A stretch of 64,000 nt of DNA from Candidatus Micrarchaeia archaeon (GCA_041650255.1 JBAZLL010000005.1:153-64152), one strand, 5' to 3'. Shown: positions 37,744 to 47,800, counted from the first letter of the stretch. Notes: generated by a model from the sequence alone, not told the origin. Translations and numbers: made by a program.

Positions 37744-38367
37744 TTATTGCCTGCCTTGGCTCGGGTCAATTCTGTTCAGATATAATTGAACAATCGGAAT
37801 CAAAAGCCAGAATAACTCCGCCAGTTCCACATTATAGAATGCAATTGGGACTGAAGCAAGGAAAATACTCGGCGTAACCATTTTCACAATCAGTGCATAA
37901 TCCCGTTCTTTATCGCTCATGCGGCGCTGATGATAGCGCTTGGAAATTGAATAGTGCCACAGCCACACCAGAATAAATCCTGCCGCTGACATGTTAAGTG
38001 CAAATATAGTAAGTGCCCATTTGTTTTGGTTGTAATCGCCAAACATCGCGGATGTGATCGCAAGCAAAACTATGCATAGCAGGAATATTATATTTATCAT
38101 GGCGACTTTTCCATCGCACACTACTATCTGCTTTAGAAGTTTGTTGTGAACAGCCCAATACAGCGCAACGACTATGAATGTGTAGCAGAAAATCACTGCT
38201 TGGGGCAGCGTTTTCGCGATCAAAGCATTCAAAAACTGCGAATCTGGAACCTCATTTGGATTTGGCATATAGACCAGTATCGCCATGAGCGTCATGGAGA
38301 ATGCGATGATACCATCACTTAGTGCCAATGTGCGATCCAAATCATAAGTACTTCTTCTGTCCATCAA
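37744..38367 (-). CDS. TMEM175-family (DUF1211) potassium channel
   Basis: 207 aa, 6 TM helices. The hallmark TM1 motif RxxxFSD-like is present as RTLALSDGIIAFSMTLM. Confidence 0.75.
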   Translation of the reverse strand: MMDRRSTYDLDRTLALSDGIIAFSMTLMAILVYMPNPNEVPDSQFLNALIAKTLPQAVIFCYTFIVVALYWAVHNKLLKQIVVCDGKVAMINIIFLLCIVLLAITSAMFGDYNQNKWALTIFALNMSAAGFILVWLWHYSISKRYHQRRMSDKERDYALIVKMVTPSIFLASVPIAFYNVELAELFWLLIPIVQLYLNRIDPSQGRQ

Positions 38368-38436
38368 TTAGTCAAAGAAAATTAGTGGTTATAAGCCTTT
38401 TGAAAGTCCTCGTTGCATTCGGGAATTGTCTTATCT

Positions 38437-41037
38437 CTATTTTCTCTTTCGCACTATTTTTTCAACCTCAAACAACGACATGCTTACCATCGTTGCCACA
38501 AGGCAAATTGCAATTTGCGGCATATCAAGCGCGTTAAATTCAAACAGCCCCTGCAAAAATGGAACATATATCAGCATTGCAAGGAAGAAAACGGCGCAGA
38601 CTGTAACAATCCAAAGTGCCTTGTTTTCACTACTCAGCGTTTCAAATATTGTCTGTGTTTGTGAACGGCTGGCAAATATCAATGCAAGATTCCCAAGCAC
38701 CAGCGTGGCAAATGCAACTGCCCTTGCACTATTCTCCTCTATCCCGGACGAAAGCTCAACATAATATACAAAAACAACTACCGCAAGTAAAATCAATCCT
38801 CTAAATACGCTCATAATAATCGTGTGGTTGTCAAAAAGTTTTTCATCTTTTTTGCGCGGGGTGCGTTTCATGATATTTTTCTCCTCTTTTTCAGCCTCAA
38901 AAACAACCGAGCACACCGGATCAATTATCAATTCCAAAAATGCTATATGCACCGGAAAGAGAATAATCGGCCAGCCCAAAAGCACCGGAAGAAGCGAAAT
39001 CCCCGCAATCGGTATATGTATAGAAATAATGTAACTCATCGCCTTTTTGATATTGTCATAAATTCTTCTGCCCATGCGCACGGCGCGCACAATTGAAGTG
39101 AAATTATCATCCGTAAGCACAAGTGCGGACGATTCCCGTGCCACATCCGTGCCGCGCCCGCCCATCGCAATGCCGACCGCCGCCGCTTTTAGCGCAGGAG
39201 CATCATTCACTCCATCGCCGGTCATTACCACTACTTCTTCATTTGCCTTGAGCGCATTCACTATTCTAAGTTTTTGTTCCGGAACAACCCTGGCAAAAAC
39301 ACTTGCAGTTTTGATTCTCTCGCGCAAGTGTGCATCGTTCATGGCGTCAAGTTCTGCTCCGGTTATTATGTCATCGTAATTTTTGAAGCCCGAATTTTTT
39401 GCAACCACACGCGCAGTACCCGGATAGTCACCGGTAATCATTATCACTCTTATTCCTGCTTCATAACATTCGCGAACTGAGTCGGCAACTTCTTCGCGCA
39501 CCGGATCCTCAAGTGCAATAAGCCCCTCATATTCAAACTCAAAATCATGTTGATTGTCTGGCAATTTATTTGATTTGAAATGCGCATGTGCCACTCCCAG
39601 CACCCGTAGTCCTTCACCAGAAAGCGCACTCACTTCATTCAAAATCTTTTCCTGCTCTCCCTTTTTCATATGGCACAAATCAAGTATTGCTTCCGGCGCT
39701 CCTTTTGCCGCAATCAAATATTCTTTACCCGATGCAGAACGCCAAACATGTGAAAGTGCAAGCAGTTTTTTTGATAGAGGATATTCACGCACGAGCTCCC
39801 AGTCCGCATGAATATGCTCAGTGCCCGAAAGTTTTTGCATTCCGATTTCCTTTATTGAGCGCTCCATCGGGTCAAACGGCTCTTTCTGGCTTGCAAGAAC
39901 TGCATACTCCAATGTCTCATGAGCCCATTCGGGCAGTTTTTTTGATTCTTTGAGAGATATGGTCTTTCCTCGCGACCATATCTTCTCAAGCGTCATTTTG
40001 TTTTGTGTAAGCGTACCCGTCTTGTCCGAACACAGAACACTTGCGGCCCCGAGGCTTTGTATTGCATTCATCCTTCGCGTTAGCACATTGTGTTTTGCCA
40101 TTCTCCATGCGCCAAGGGAAAGAAAAACAGTAAGCACGACTGGAAATTCCTCCGGCAAAACCGACATCGCAAGCGCAAGACCTACAAGAAATCCTTCTAC
40201 CCAATTCCCGCGTGTCAGCCCATAAATCACAATGACTATCACGCAGACGACAAATCCCGCAGTTCCAAAGAGCTTTACAATTCCATCTGTTTCTTTCTGA
40301 AGCTTTGTTTTTTCGGGAGTTATCTCCTTAAGCGCTTTGCCGATTTTTCCCACTTCGGTTGCCGCGCCAATCGAAATCACCTTGGCAATCGCGTGCCCCT
40401 GTGATACGAGTGTGCTTGAATATGCAAAAGCCAAATCTTCTCCGCCCGGGCGGGGCATACTCTCCATTGAAAAATCCGCTTCATTTTTTTCGCGCCCAAA
40501 TTTTTCCTCTTGGTTTCTCAGCGCACTTTTTCTCACGGCTACAGACTCACCAGTCAAAAGAGATTCATCTACTGTCAAGTTGCTACAAGACAAAATGGCG
40601 ACGTCCGCAGGAACCCTGTCTCCTTCTGACAATATTATAATGTCGCCCCTCACAACTTCTCTTCCGGGTATCACGATTTGCTTTCCATCCCTAATCACTC
40701 TGGCTCTGGGGGACGATAAATCGCGCAGGGCATCAAGTGCTCTTTCAACTTTTCCTTCCTGATAAATAGTTATCCCGATAACCACGAATACACAAGCAAT
40801 CAGCATCAGTGCGCCCTCAATATCTCCTATCAAAAAGTAGAGTGTGCCACATGCCACCAAAAACAAAAACATTGGTTCACGCATGGTGTCAATTGCAATA
40901 TCTATTATAGTGCGCTTCTTTTCTGCCAAAAGCTCGTTTGCCCCCTCCTCCTTTAGGCGCCTTTGTGCTTCTTGCTGGCTTAGCCCACTGTGTATTTGTT
41001 CAACAGACGGGGTAGGGTTCATATCCCAATTAATCAA
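38437..41037 (-). CDS. Cation (Ca2+-type, P2A/P2B-like) P-type ATPase
   Basis: 866 aa. TGESVAV, PEEFPVVLT, CSDKTGTLTQNKM, MITGDYPGTA, GDGVNDAPALKAAAVGIAMG. Has the N-terminal Cation_ATPase_N-like LSQQEAQRRLKEEGANEL. Confidence 0.85.
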   Translation of the reverse strand: MINWDMNPTPSVEQIHSGLSQQEAQRRLKEEGANELLAEKKRTIIDIAIDTMREPMFLFLVACGTLYFLIGDIEGALMLIACVFVVIGITIYQEGKVERALDALRDLSSPRARVIRDGKQIVIPGREVVRGDIIILSEGDRVPADVAILSCSNLTVDESLLTGESVAVRKSALRNQEEKFGREKNEADFSMESMPRPGGEDLAFAYSSTLVSQGHAIAKVISIGAATEVGKIGKALKEITPEKTKLQKETDGIVKLFGTAGFVVCVIVIVIYGLTRGNWVEGFLVGLALAMSVLPEEFPVVLTVFLSLGAWRMAKHNVLTRRMNAIQSLGAASVLCSDKTGTLTQNKMTLEKIWSRGKTISLKESKKLPEWAHETLEYAVLASQKEPFDPMERSIKEIGMQKLSGTEHIHADWELVREYPLSKKLLALSHVWRSASGKEYLIAAKGAPEAILDLCHMKKGEQEKILNEVSALSGEGLRVLGVAHAHFKSNKLPDNQHDFEFEYEGLIALEDPVREEVADSVRECYEAGIRVIMITGDYPGTARVVAKNSGFKNYDDIITGAELDAMNDAHLRERIKTASVFARVVPEQKLRIVNALKANEEVVVMTGDGVNDAPALKAAAVGIAMGGRGTDVARESSALVLTDDNFTSIVRAVRMGRRIYDNIKKAMSYIISIHIPIAGISLLPVLLGWPIILFPVHIAFLELIIDPVCSVVFEAEKEEKNIMKRTPRKKDEKLFDNHTIIMSVFRGLILLAVVVFVYYVELSSGIEENSARAVAFATLVLGNLALIFASRSQTQTIFETLSSENKALWIVTVCAVFFLAMLIYVPFLQGLFEFNALDMPQIAICLVATMVSMSLFEVEKIVRKRK

Positions 41038-41103
41038 GAAATGCTTATAGGTGTTGCTTTACACGCCTCCTATGTGAATAAACGATTCTCAACGTTTTTG
41101 CAA

Positions 41104-41345
41104 AAGTGGGCGTCAGTATTCAAAATTATCCCAATTCTTATTCTTGTGATAGTGTTCAAAATAATTTCCCATTCGCGCGCTCTTACAAAAAGGAGTGCGA
41201 ATACGCATTAATAGTCAAATTGGTTACTCCCGTCATTTTCCTTTTTTCAATTCCCATATCATTTTACGATGTGCATCTTGCTGAAGTTTTCTGGCTCTGT
41301 ATTCCCATAATTCAGATTTGGCTGAACCAATTTGATCCAAGCCAG
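41104..41345 (+). pseudogene. Frameshifted C-terminal remnant of a second TMEM175/DUF1211 paralogue
   Basis: Two frames together align to the last ~85 aa of 37744..38367. KWASVFKIIPILILVIVFKIISHSR aligns with NKWALTIFALNMSAAGFILVWLWHYSISKR. After a shift near 41170, SYKKECEYALIVKLVTPVIFLFSIPISFYDVHLAEVFWLCIPIIQIWLNQFDPSQ aligns with MSDKERDYALIVKMVTPSIFLASVPIAFYNVELAELFWLLIPIVQLYLNRIDPSQ. The N-terminal two thirds are absent. Confidence 0.65.
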
Positions 41346-41443
41346 AAAAAATATTTTTTTTTACAAAAAATTTTTAAACAATATCTTAAAAGCCTCCATC
41401 TACAAACTCCCTATAATCAAATTCTAAATACGAGGCGAATAAT

Positions 41444-42397
41444 ATGGGACTTATTGATTCAATGTTTTGGTTTTTCGTGCTGGTCATTCCGGTCGCAGTG
41501 GTTTTGATACTTTTGATTGTGCGCACAATCCGCCCGACCGAAAAAGGCATCGTGGAGCGCCTTGGCAAATACAGCTCTTTTCACAATCCGGGCGTGGTTC
41601 TTCTAATCCCGTTTATTGATTCCCTCATTAAGGTAAACATTACCGAGGAAATGGTAAATGCGGAAAAGCAGGAAGTCATCACCGCCGACTCGCTAAATGC
41701 AATGGTTGACGCGCAGATTTATTTCAAAGTGCAGTCCGATGAGGACAGCGTGAAAAAAAGCCAATACGCGGTCAACAACTACCATCTTCAGATAGTACAA
41801 TTGGCCCGCACAACTTTGCGTGCAATCATCGGCTCCATGACTTTGACCGAAGCCAACACCAGCCGCAACAAGCTCAATCAATTGCTTGCAACCGAATTGC
41901 AAGGGCAGACAAAACAATGGGGCATCGCGGTCGTTCGCGCCGAGCTTAAAGAAATTCAGCCGCCCGAAGATGTACAGCAAACGATGAACAAAGTCGTGAT
42001 TGCCGAAAAAGAAAAAATCGCGGCAAAGGACTTTGCGGAAGCGGTGGAAACACAGGCTGACGGACAGCGCCGCGCCTCAATCAAACAAGCTGAAGGGCAA
42101 AAACAGGCAAGCATTCTGGCTGCGGAAGGAGATGCAATCGCACTCTTGCGCATTGCCGATGCAAAGGCAAAACAGATTCAGGTTGTGAACGAGTCGGCCG
42201 ACAAATATTTCCGCGGCAACGCAATCACATTAAAGCGCTTGGAGACGACTCAAGAGGTTCTTAAGAACGGAACAAAACTCATTGTGCCCCAAGGCTCTGA
42301 TTTGGTAAACGTGGTAAGCGAGGCCGCCGGAATCGGCGCGGATGGCATATTGCCAATACCAAAGAACAAGCTCAATCAGTCTCCGGCTAAAAAGTAA
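41444..42397 (+). CDS. SPFH/band-7 (stomatin/prohibitin-like) membrane protein
   Basis: 317 aa. N-terminal TM helix, then PTEKGIVERLGKYSSFHNPGVVLLIPFIDS and the Ala/Glu/Gln-rich coiled-coil tail typical of SPFH proteins. Confidence 0.85.
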   Translation: MGLIDSMFWFFVLVIPVAVVLILLIVRTIRPTEKGIVERLGKYSSFHNPGVVLLIPFIDSLIKVNITEEMVNAEKQEVITADSLNAMVDAQIYFKVQSDEDSVKKSQYAVNNYHLQIVQLARTTLRAIIGSMTLTEANTSRNKLNQLLATELQGQTKQWGIAVVRAELKEIQPPEDVQQTMNKVVIAEKEKIAAKDFAEAVETQADGQRRASIKQAEGQKQASILAAEGDAIALLRIADAKAKQIQVVNESADKYFRGNAITLKRLETTQEVLKNGTKLIVPQGSDLVNVVSEAAGIGADGILPIPKNKLNQSPAKK

Positions 42398-42470
42398 GAG
42401 TCGGCTTTTTTTCTATTTTTTATTTATTCTTTTTTTGTTTGTTTTCTGATATTATTTTTCTTTTTTGTCA

Positions 42471-43178
42471 TTATTTTTTCATTGCCTCTTTCTTTAGCTG
42501 TTCCGGCATTTTTTCAATCGCATACCTTAGTGCAGTCCTTGGCATCTTATACTTGTTTTTCATAATATACTCAAACACTTCTTTCTGGTGCGTGCGACTT
42601 TCTTCCTTAAGAAGCCAGCCATAGCCCTTTTGTACAAGGTCCTCTTCATCGCGCATTAAAATATCCGATATTTTAAATGCTTCTTTTAGAAACTCTCCTT
42701 TCTTTGCGGGAATAATCAAAGAGACTGCCGAGGCTCTTCTCATCCATATATTTTTTGATTTTGCCCATCTTTTCAGCTCATTTGCATATTTGGGGAATTT
42801 TTGCACAAACTTTCCCATCGTATGATTGCAAAGGGTATCGCAAGACGCCCAATTGCTCACGTACCTCTCAATCCATTTTTCAAACATGAAAAAATCTTTT
42901 TCCTCAAATTTGGCATTGGCGTTATATGACCAGTTGCACGCAATGAAAGACTCCTCCATATACCCGGATGAAAAAAGCTCTTCGCATTGCTTGAATATCT
43001 CTTCTTTTTTTGCCCCTTCAATCTCATTGAAATATTTCCTGGAAATATTTGAAACCAATGCGGTTTTCACTCCATAGACCTTTATTCTTTCTTTGAAAAA
43101 GCGCTGGGCAGTATTTTTTGTGTGCACATCTGCATTTTCCTCAAGTTCCTTTCTGATCTTTTGCAAAAGTTTGTTCAT
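42471..43178 (-). CDS. DNA alkylation repair protein (AlkD-like HEAT-repeat family)
   Basis: 235 aa. RFFKERIKVYGVKTA...WASCD...SKNIWMRRASAVSLI...EDLVQKGYGWLLKE match the DNA_alkylation family pattern. Confidence 0.8.
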   Translation of the reverse strand: MNKLLQKIRKELEENADVHTKNTAQRFFKERIKVYGVKTALVSNISRKYFNEIEGAKKEEIFKQCEELFSSGYMEESFIACNWSYNANAKFEEKDFFMFEKWIERYVSNWASCDTLCNHTMGKFVQKFPKYANELKRWAKSKNIWMRRASAVSLIIPAKKGEFLKEAFKISDILMRDEEDLVQKGYGWLLKEESRTHQKEVFEYIMKNKYKMPRTALRYAIEKMPEQLKKEAMKK

Positions 43179-43240
43179 CCCAATCCCTTCAATATCACTG
43201 TTTCGGCAACATATTTAATATCAAACGGAGTATCTGGCTC

Positions 43241-44350
43241 ATGGACAAGCACGCGAAAGAAAAATTGGAAAACGAATATCTTAGGCTCAAGTCGTTGGAA
43301 AAAACTTTTATCGGCTATCCCTGCGATGCCCAGTTTGATTATTCCCACCTATACAAGTTCTTAAAATTTCCAATGAACAACGTCGGCGACCCATTTGAGA
43401 AATCCACCTATCGCCTGCAAACCAAGAATTTTGAAATTGAAGTGCTGGATTTTTTTGCAAAATTATTGCATATCAAAAAAGACAAATATTGGGGCTACAT
43501 TACAAATGGCGGCACGGAAGGCAATCTCTACGGTCTTTATGCCGCCAGAGAATCCATGCCAAATGCCCGCGTATTCTATTCCAAGCATACTCATTATAGC
43601 ATCCGCAAAAATATTCACATATTGCGCATGAGCGGATGCGAACTGCAAGCGGATTCAAACGGGGAAATGGATTATAATAATTTTGAAAAAACTCTCTGTG
43701 CATCCGACAAGAAAAACGGCGTTATAATTATAGCAAACATCGGCACCACAATGACTGGGGCAATAGATAATGTGGATACGATTGTGCGCATCCTCAAAAA
43801 GCACAAAATAAAATATTATATTCACGCGGACGCCGCCCTCTACGGAATGGTACTGCCATTTTGTTCCGATGTAAAATTTGACTTTCAAACAGGAATAAAC
43901 AGCATCGCAATCAGCGGGCACAAATTCCTCGGCTCGCCCATTCCATGCGGAATTGTGCTGGCGCGAAAGGATGTTGCGATTTGCCTTCGCAAATACATTG
44001 AATATATAGACGCGCACGACTCCACTCTTTCCGGCTCGCGGGATGCATTTACGCCGCTGATTCTCTGGTATAGAATAAAGACAATTGGATTGAGCGGATT
44101 TTCAAAACAGGTGAAACATTGCAATATGCTTGCAGATTATTTGACCGACGAACTTGAGAAAATCGGATGGCCAAACGTTGGAAAAAGCTACGTTACCGTC
44201 CGCTTTAGCAGACCATCAGATCATCTGGTGAGTAAATGGGAGCTTGCGGCAAACAAGGATATGGCTCATGTTGTATGTATGCCGCATGAGAGCAAGGCAC
44301 AGCTTGCAAAATTTGTGCAGGATATGAAAAAAGAAATAATCAGAAAGTAA
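43241..44350 (+). CDS. hdc: Pyridoxal-phosphate-dependent histidine decarboxylase (group II, Gram-negative HDC-like)
   Basis: 369 aa. IGYPCDAQFDYS, WGYITNGGTEGNLYG, ANIGTTMTGAIDN, HADAAL.GM.LPF, and the PLP-lysine motif SGHKFLGSPIPCGIVLARK are collinear with bacterial HDC. Confidence 0.85.
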   Translation: MDKHAKEKLENEYLRLKSLEKTFIGYPCDAQFDYSHLYKFLKFPMNNVGDPFEKSTYRLQTKNFEIEVLDFFAKLLHIKKDKYWGYITNGGTEGNLYGLYAARESMPNARVFYSKHTHYSIRKNIHILRMSGCELQADSNGEMDYNNFEKTLCASDKKNGVIIIANIGTTMTGAIDNVDTIVRILKKHKIKYYIHADAALYGMVLPFCSDVKFDFQTGINSIAISGHKFLGSPIPCGIVLARKDVAICLRKYIEYIDAHDSTLSGSRDAFTPLILWYRIKTIGLSGFSKQVKHCNMLADYLTDELEKIGWPNVGKSYVTVRFSRPSDHLVSKWELAANKDMAHVVCMPHESKAQLAKFVQDMKKEIIRK

Positions 44351-44448
44351 AATAATTAAAAAATAAGATAACTAAAAACTAATTGAAAAATAAAAATAAC
44401 TAAAAAATAAAAAATAGTTAAAATAAAATAATTAAAAAGAAAAAATAA

Positions 44449-46272
44449 CTACTTGCCCATCGGCGTTCCGTACTTTTGTATATTGGTCTGCATTTGCGGG
44501 CTCAACTGCTTTACAAGCTCAACATTGTACGCGCCGGACGGCGAAGGTTCTATACTGACATTAAATATCTCCCTAGCCGCGACTGCATAAGTGCGTGCGT
44601 TGGCAATCAGCGAATCGTTTCTGAGTGCCTGGTCAACATTGTTTGCAAATATCGAAATCGTATTATCGCTGTTGCGAACGATTTGGAATGTGCGGAACTG
44701 CTGAGGAAACTCCCTTAACGATGAGGTTTCAACTTCCCAGAATCCGAGTTCCGGGCGATTCGGGTCCGGTGATTTTAGCGCCGTAACTGTATTGCCGTGC
44801 CGATGCCCTGCAACCACCAAAATCAGGTTCGGGTATGTATGAAATTTGGCAATCAGATCGCTTTCAGATACTGCCGACTTCGGGTCCCACACCATCAAAG
44901 AATCAAGGCCGGAATCGCTAATTTTGGCGCTTATCGGTATGTGTGTGGCGATAATCATAAGTTTATTTTGTGCCTGCCCCTGGTCAAGCTCTTTTACCAG
45001 CCAGTCATATCTTTCCTGATCAATGGAACCATGTCCCATATTGGTCTCGCCGTCAGACTCATTGCCTATTTGAGTGTCATCAAGCACAATAACTTTGATT
45101 GGCACATCAGACTTTGGTTCAAAAGAATAGCTGGCAAATCCCCTCATCGCATTCGTTTGATTGAATCCGTGTCCCACTGGATTTGAAGTGGTATTGAAAA
45201 ATTCGCCCATCCACTCACTTTTGGAAATAAAATGTCTGTTAGAATCTGCAGGTGTAGTCGGAGCAGTATCAAATTCTGCAACCGGTCCCGCACCTATAAT
45301 ATTTCCATATTGCGTTCTGCCATCAATCGCGCCCATGTAGAAACCGCGACTTTTTATGCCGATTTTATTAGTGAATATATTTCCCTGATTGAGTATAGTG
45401 TCGCCCACCATCGAGCTTTTGACATATTCATCCGGCATAAACATGCCCATCCAAAAATGGTCATGGTTGCCGAGAGTCTGATACCAGTTAATGGACTTAT
45501 CCAGTCCAGCCGCTTTGTATTCATCCTGATAATCGTTAAGCGGTCCGGGAACCGGATCATTTCTTACTCCCGAATCCGGAATTATATTTTTGCCGTCCAG
45601 AACATCGATAAACCATCTTAGTTCATTGTACTGTCCGCTGTTAATATCATCGCCAAGAGAGATGCCAAAGTCAAACGGATTTTGTTTGTGAAGTGCGTTT
45701 ATCGTCTGAATTGTCGCATCAAGCATTTGAGTTGTGTATAACATTGCCGGAGAATATCCTGAAATTATACCCCATCTGTATCCGTAATATATCGCCTCTG
45801 CCGGAGATTCTTTATCCGTAATATGAATATCGCTGATGGTAAAGAAATTCAGAAGTTTTGCAGTGTTTGTTGCCGATGTTTTGTTATATGTTGCGGGCAT
45901 GATATCTAATCTTTTTTCATATCCAAGTCCCGGTTCATATTTCCAAACACCATATCCATACTCTGAAAAGTTGGAAACATCATAAGCGTGAATACTGGGC
46001 GAACTTGAAGGCACAGAAACCGGAACAATCACCCGTTCAACAGTTGTGGCAACGTCCGAACTTATCGGATAGCTCGCCGAGGGCGCAACCAAATTGGGTT
46101 GTATTTGGTAATTTGTCAAAGGTGCATTTGCAACCACCTTAGAATCTGTCGGAGCACCGACTTTAGCCGATTGCGGAATGTAACCTGCAAAAATAATCAA
46201 TGCAAAAAGTAAGACTGCAAAAATCAAAAGCGTGTTTTTTACTTCACTGCCCTTATGTTTAGTTCGTTTCAT
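44449..46272 (-). CDS. Membrane-anchored/secreted metallophosphoesterase (calcineurin-like)
   Basis: 607 aa. N-terminal TM helix. ISDIHITD, GDDINSG, LGNHDHFW, ATHIP and AGHRHGN reproduce the metallophosphoesterase motif series D-x-H / GD / GNH / H / GH-x-H. Confidence 0.75.
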   Translation of the reverse strand: MKRTKHKGSEVKNTLLIFAVLLFALIIFAGYIPQSAKVGAPTDSKVVANAPLTNYQIQPNLVAPSASYPISSDVATTVERVIVPVSVPSSSPSIHAYDVSNFSEYGYGVWKYEPGLGYEKRLDIMPATYNKTSATNTAKLLNFFTISDIHITDKESPAEAIYYGYRWGIISGYSPAMLYTTQMLDATIQTINALHKQNPFDFGISLGDDINSGQYNELRWFIDVLDGKNIIPDSGVRNDPVPGPLNDYQDEYKAAGLDKSINWYQTLGNHDHFWMGMFMPDEYVKSSMVGDTILNQGNIFTNKIGIKSRGFYMGAIDGRTQYGNIIGAGPVAEFDTAPTTPADSNRHFISKSEWMGEFFNTTSNPVGHGFNQTNAMRGFASYSFEPKSDVPIKVIVLDDTQIGNESDGETNMGHGSIDQERYDWLVKELDQGQAQNKLMIIATHIPISAKISDSGLDSLMVWDPKSAVSESDLIAKFHTYPNLILVVAGHRHGNTVTALKSPDPNRPELGFWEVETSSLREFPQQFRTFQIVRNSDNTISIFANNVDQALRNDSLIANARTYAVAAREIFNVSIEPSPSGAYNVELVKQLSPQMQTNIQKYGTPMGK

Positions 46273-46379
46273 GTATTCGCCCCAAGGTGAAATTACTTCC
46301 TAGGTTTAAAGGGCTTTAGTTGCGTCTGTTTTTTTTGCAGATTTTTCTTTTGTGCACGCCTATCTGCAAATCTTTTTGC

Positions 46380-47624
46380 CTAAACTTCATGAAACTTCTG
46401 CATTCTTTGCGCACGCTGGCAGAGCATATAGCAAACCCATGAGAGAAAAACTATCGCGCTTGCACCAATAATCGGCAACGTTATTCCTATTGCAACTATT
46501 GTGCCTGCAATAATCGGAGGAAAAGCCTGTGCGGCTGACTGAATAGACTGATTAATACCCATCATTTCTCCCTGCGATTCCTTTCCTGCCAGATTGGAAA
46601 CCACGGTGGTCATATTTGGATAAATCAGCCCTTCAAACAATGCAACCATGGGTAAAAACAAATACACCTGACTTGCATTCGTTGCAATAAGCACGCTTCC
46701 AATTGCAAACGAAAGCCCAAGGAACGAAACTGCCAACACTTGGTTCGGAGTGAATCTGTGCGAAACTGGATTTACCACAAGCCCCTGCGTGAGCACAATG
46801 CAAAGCCCGATGAATGCAAATACATTTCCAACCTGCGCACTGCTAAACTCAAAATGCTCTATCAAATAAACCGACAAGAATTGCGTGTACATTGCATATC
46901 CAAACATGAAAAGAAAAATCACTGCAAACGTTGTGCGAATTTTTTCAAGCTTTGCCGCTTTTTTCAAATTGGCAAAACCCATCCATATGCTCATCGGAGT
47001 ATGCACTCTTGTCTTGAGTGTCTCCTCAAACATGAAATATACCATCAGCATATTTACAAACGCAAGCAGTGCCGCCGCAAAGAACGGGGTGGAATAATCA
47101 AACCAGGGCATCACTTGTGGATTGGAGAGCATTCCGCCGACAAACGGGCCGATTACAAACCCAACTCCCACTGCCACGCCCAAAAGCCCGAAATTTCTCG
47201 TCTTGTTTTTTTCATCCGAAATGTCTGCTATAGTCGAATTCACAGTGGCAATATTTCCTCCGGTGAAACCGGAGATAATTCTTCCAATATATAGCAGGGG
47301 CACATTGCCCATTATCACTCCTGCCGCAAACACAAAATAGCCCAACATTGTGCCTGCAAGGGTTGCCAAAAGCACGGGCTTTCTTCCCTTATGATCGGAA
47401 ATCGCGCCGATAATCGGCGAGCCGAAAAACTGCGCGATTGGAAACATTGCAATTACCAATCCGAGCAATATCCCTCTCATTTCTATGCTGTAATCGGTCG
47501 GTAGCACTCCATGTTCCACATCCAAAAACATCGGCGCAAGTATCGGTATTGCCATTCCGATTCCCAACAAATCTATGAATACTACTAGAAATATGGGTAG
47601 CATTGAGGGTTGTTTGTTTTGCAT
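46380..47624 (-). CDS. MFS transporter, 12-TM DHA1 (TetA/Bcr-like) family
   Basis: 414 aa. GAISDHKGRKPVLL (motif A), 12 hydrophobic segments. Confidence 0.85.
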   Translation of the reverse strand: MQNKQPSMLPIFLVVFIDLLGIGMAIPILAPMFLDVEHGVLPTDYSIEMRGILLGLVIAMFPIAQFFGSPIIGAISDHKGRKPVLLATLAGTMLGYFVFAAGVIMGNVPLLYIGRIISGFTGGNIATVNSTIADISDEKNKTRNFGLLGVAVGVGFVIGPFVGGMLSNPQVMPWFDYSTPFFAAALLAFVNMLMVYFMFEETLKTRVHTPMSIWMGFANLKKAAKLEKIRTTFAVIFLFMFGYAMYTQFLSVYLIEHFEFSSAQVGNVFAFIGLCIVLTQGLVVNPVSHRFTPNQVLAVSFLGLSFAIGSVLIATNASQVYLFLPMVALFEGLIYPNMTTVVSNLAGKESQGEMMGINQSIQSAAQAFPPIIAGTIVAIGITLPIIGASAIVFLSWVCYMLCQRAQRMQKFHEV

Positions 47625-47800
47625 AATCAGATATGAACCTATTGCTTAATATGTATTTTAATTTTGGATAATTCTTGCAATTAAGAAAAATAATTTTTGT
47701 CCGTCGCAAGCTGTGCAAAAAATACTTCTGCGCAAAAATTACGCGCCAAATGAGTGGAATGACTGCGACTCTTTTTTTTTGCGTTCATTAACAAACAGAG

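Noticed and set aside
41106-41507. 133-aa track ORF taken as an intact gene
   Set aside because: Only residues ~27-80 resemble anything (a TMEM175 C-terminus). The upstream part of that homology continues in another frame. The tail of the ORF overlaps the well-supported SPFH gene start. I interpret it as a pseudogene remnant.
47703-47780. Possible small structured RNA: GTCGCA...TGCGAC closing stem followed by a T9 run on the plus strand, between the MFS gene and the ICMT remnant
   Set aside because: The closing stem is only 6 bp. There are no recognisable sRNA boxes or promoter. The T9 run could equally be part of the AT-rich promoter or terminator spacer of the flanking minus-strand genes.
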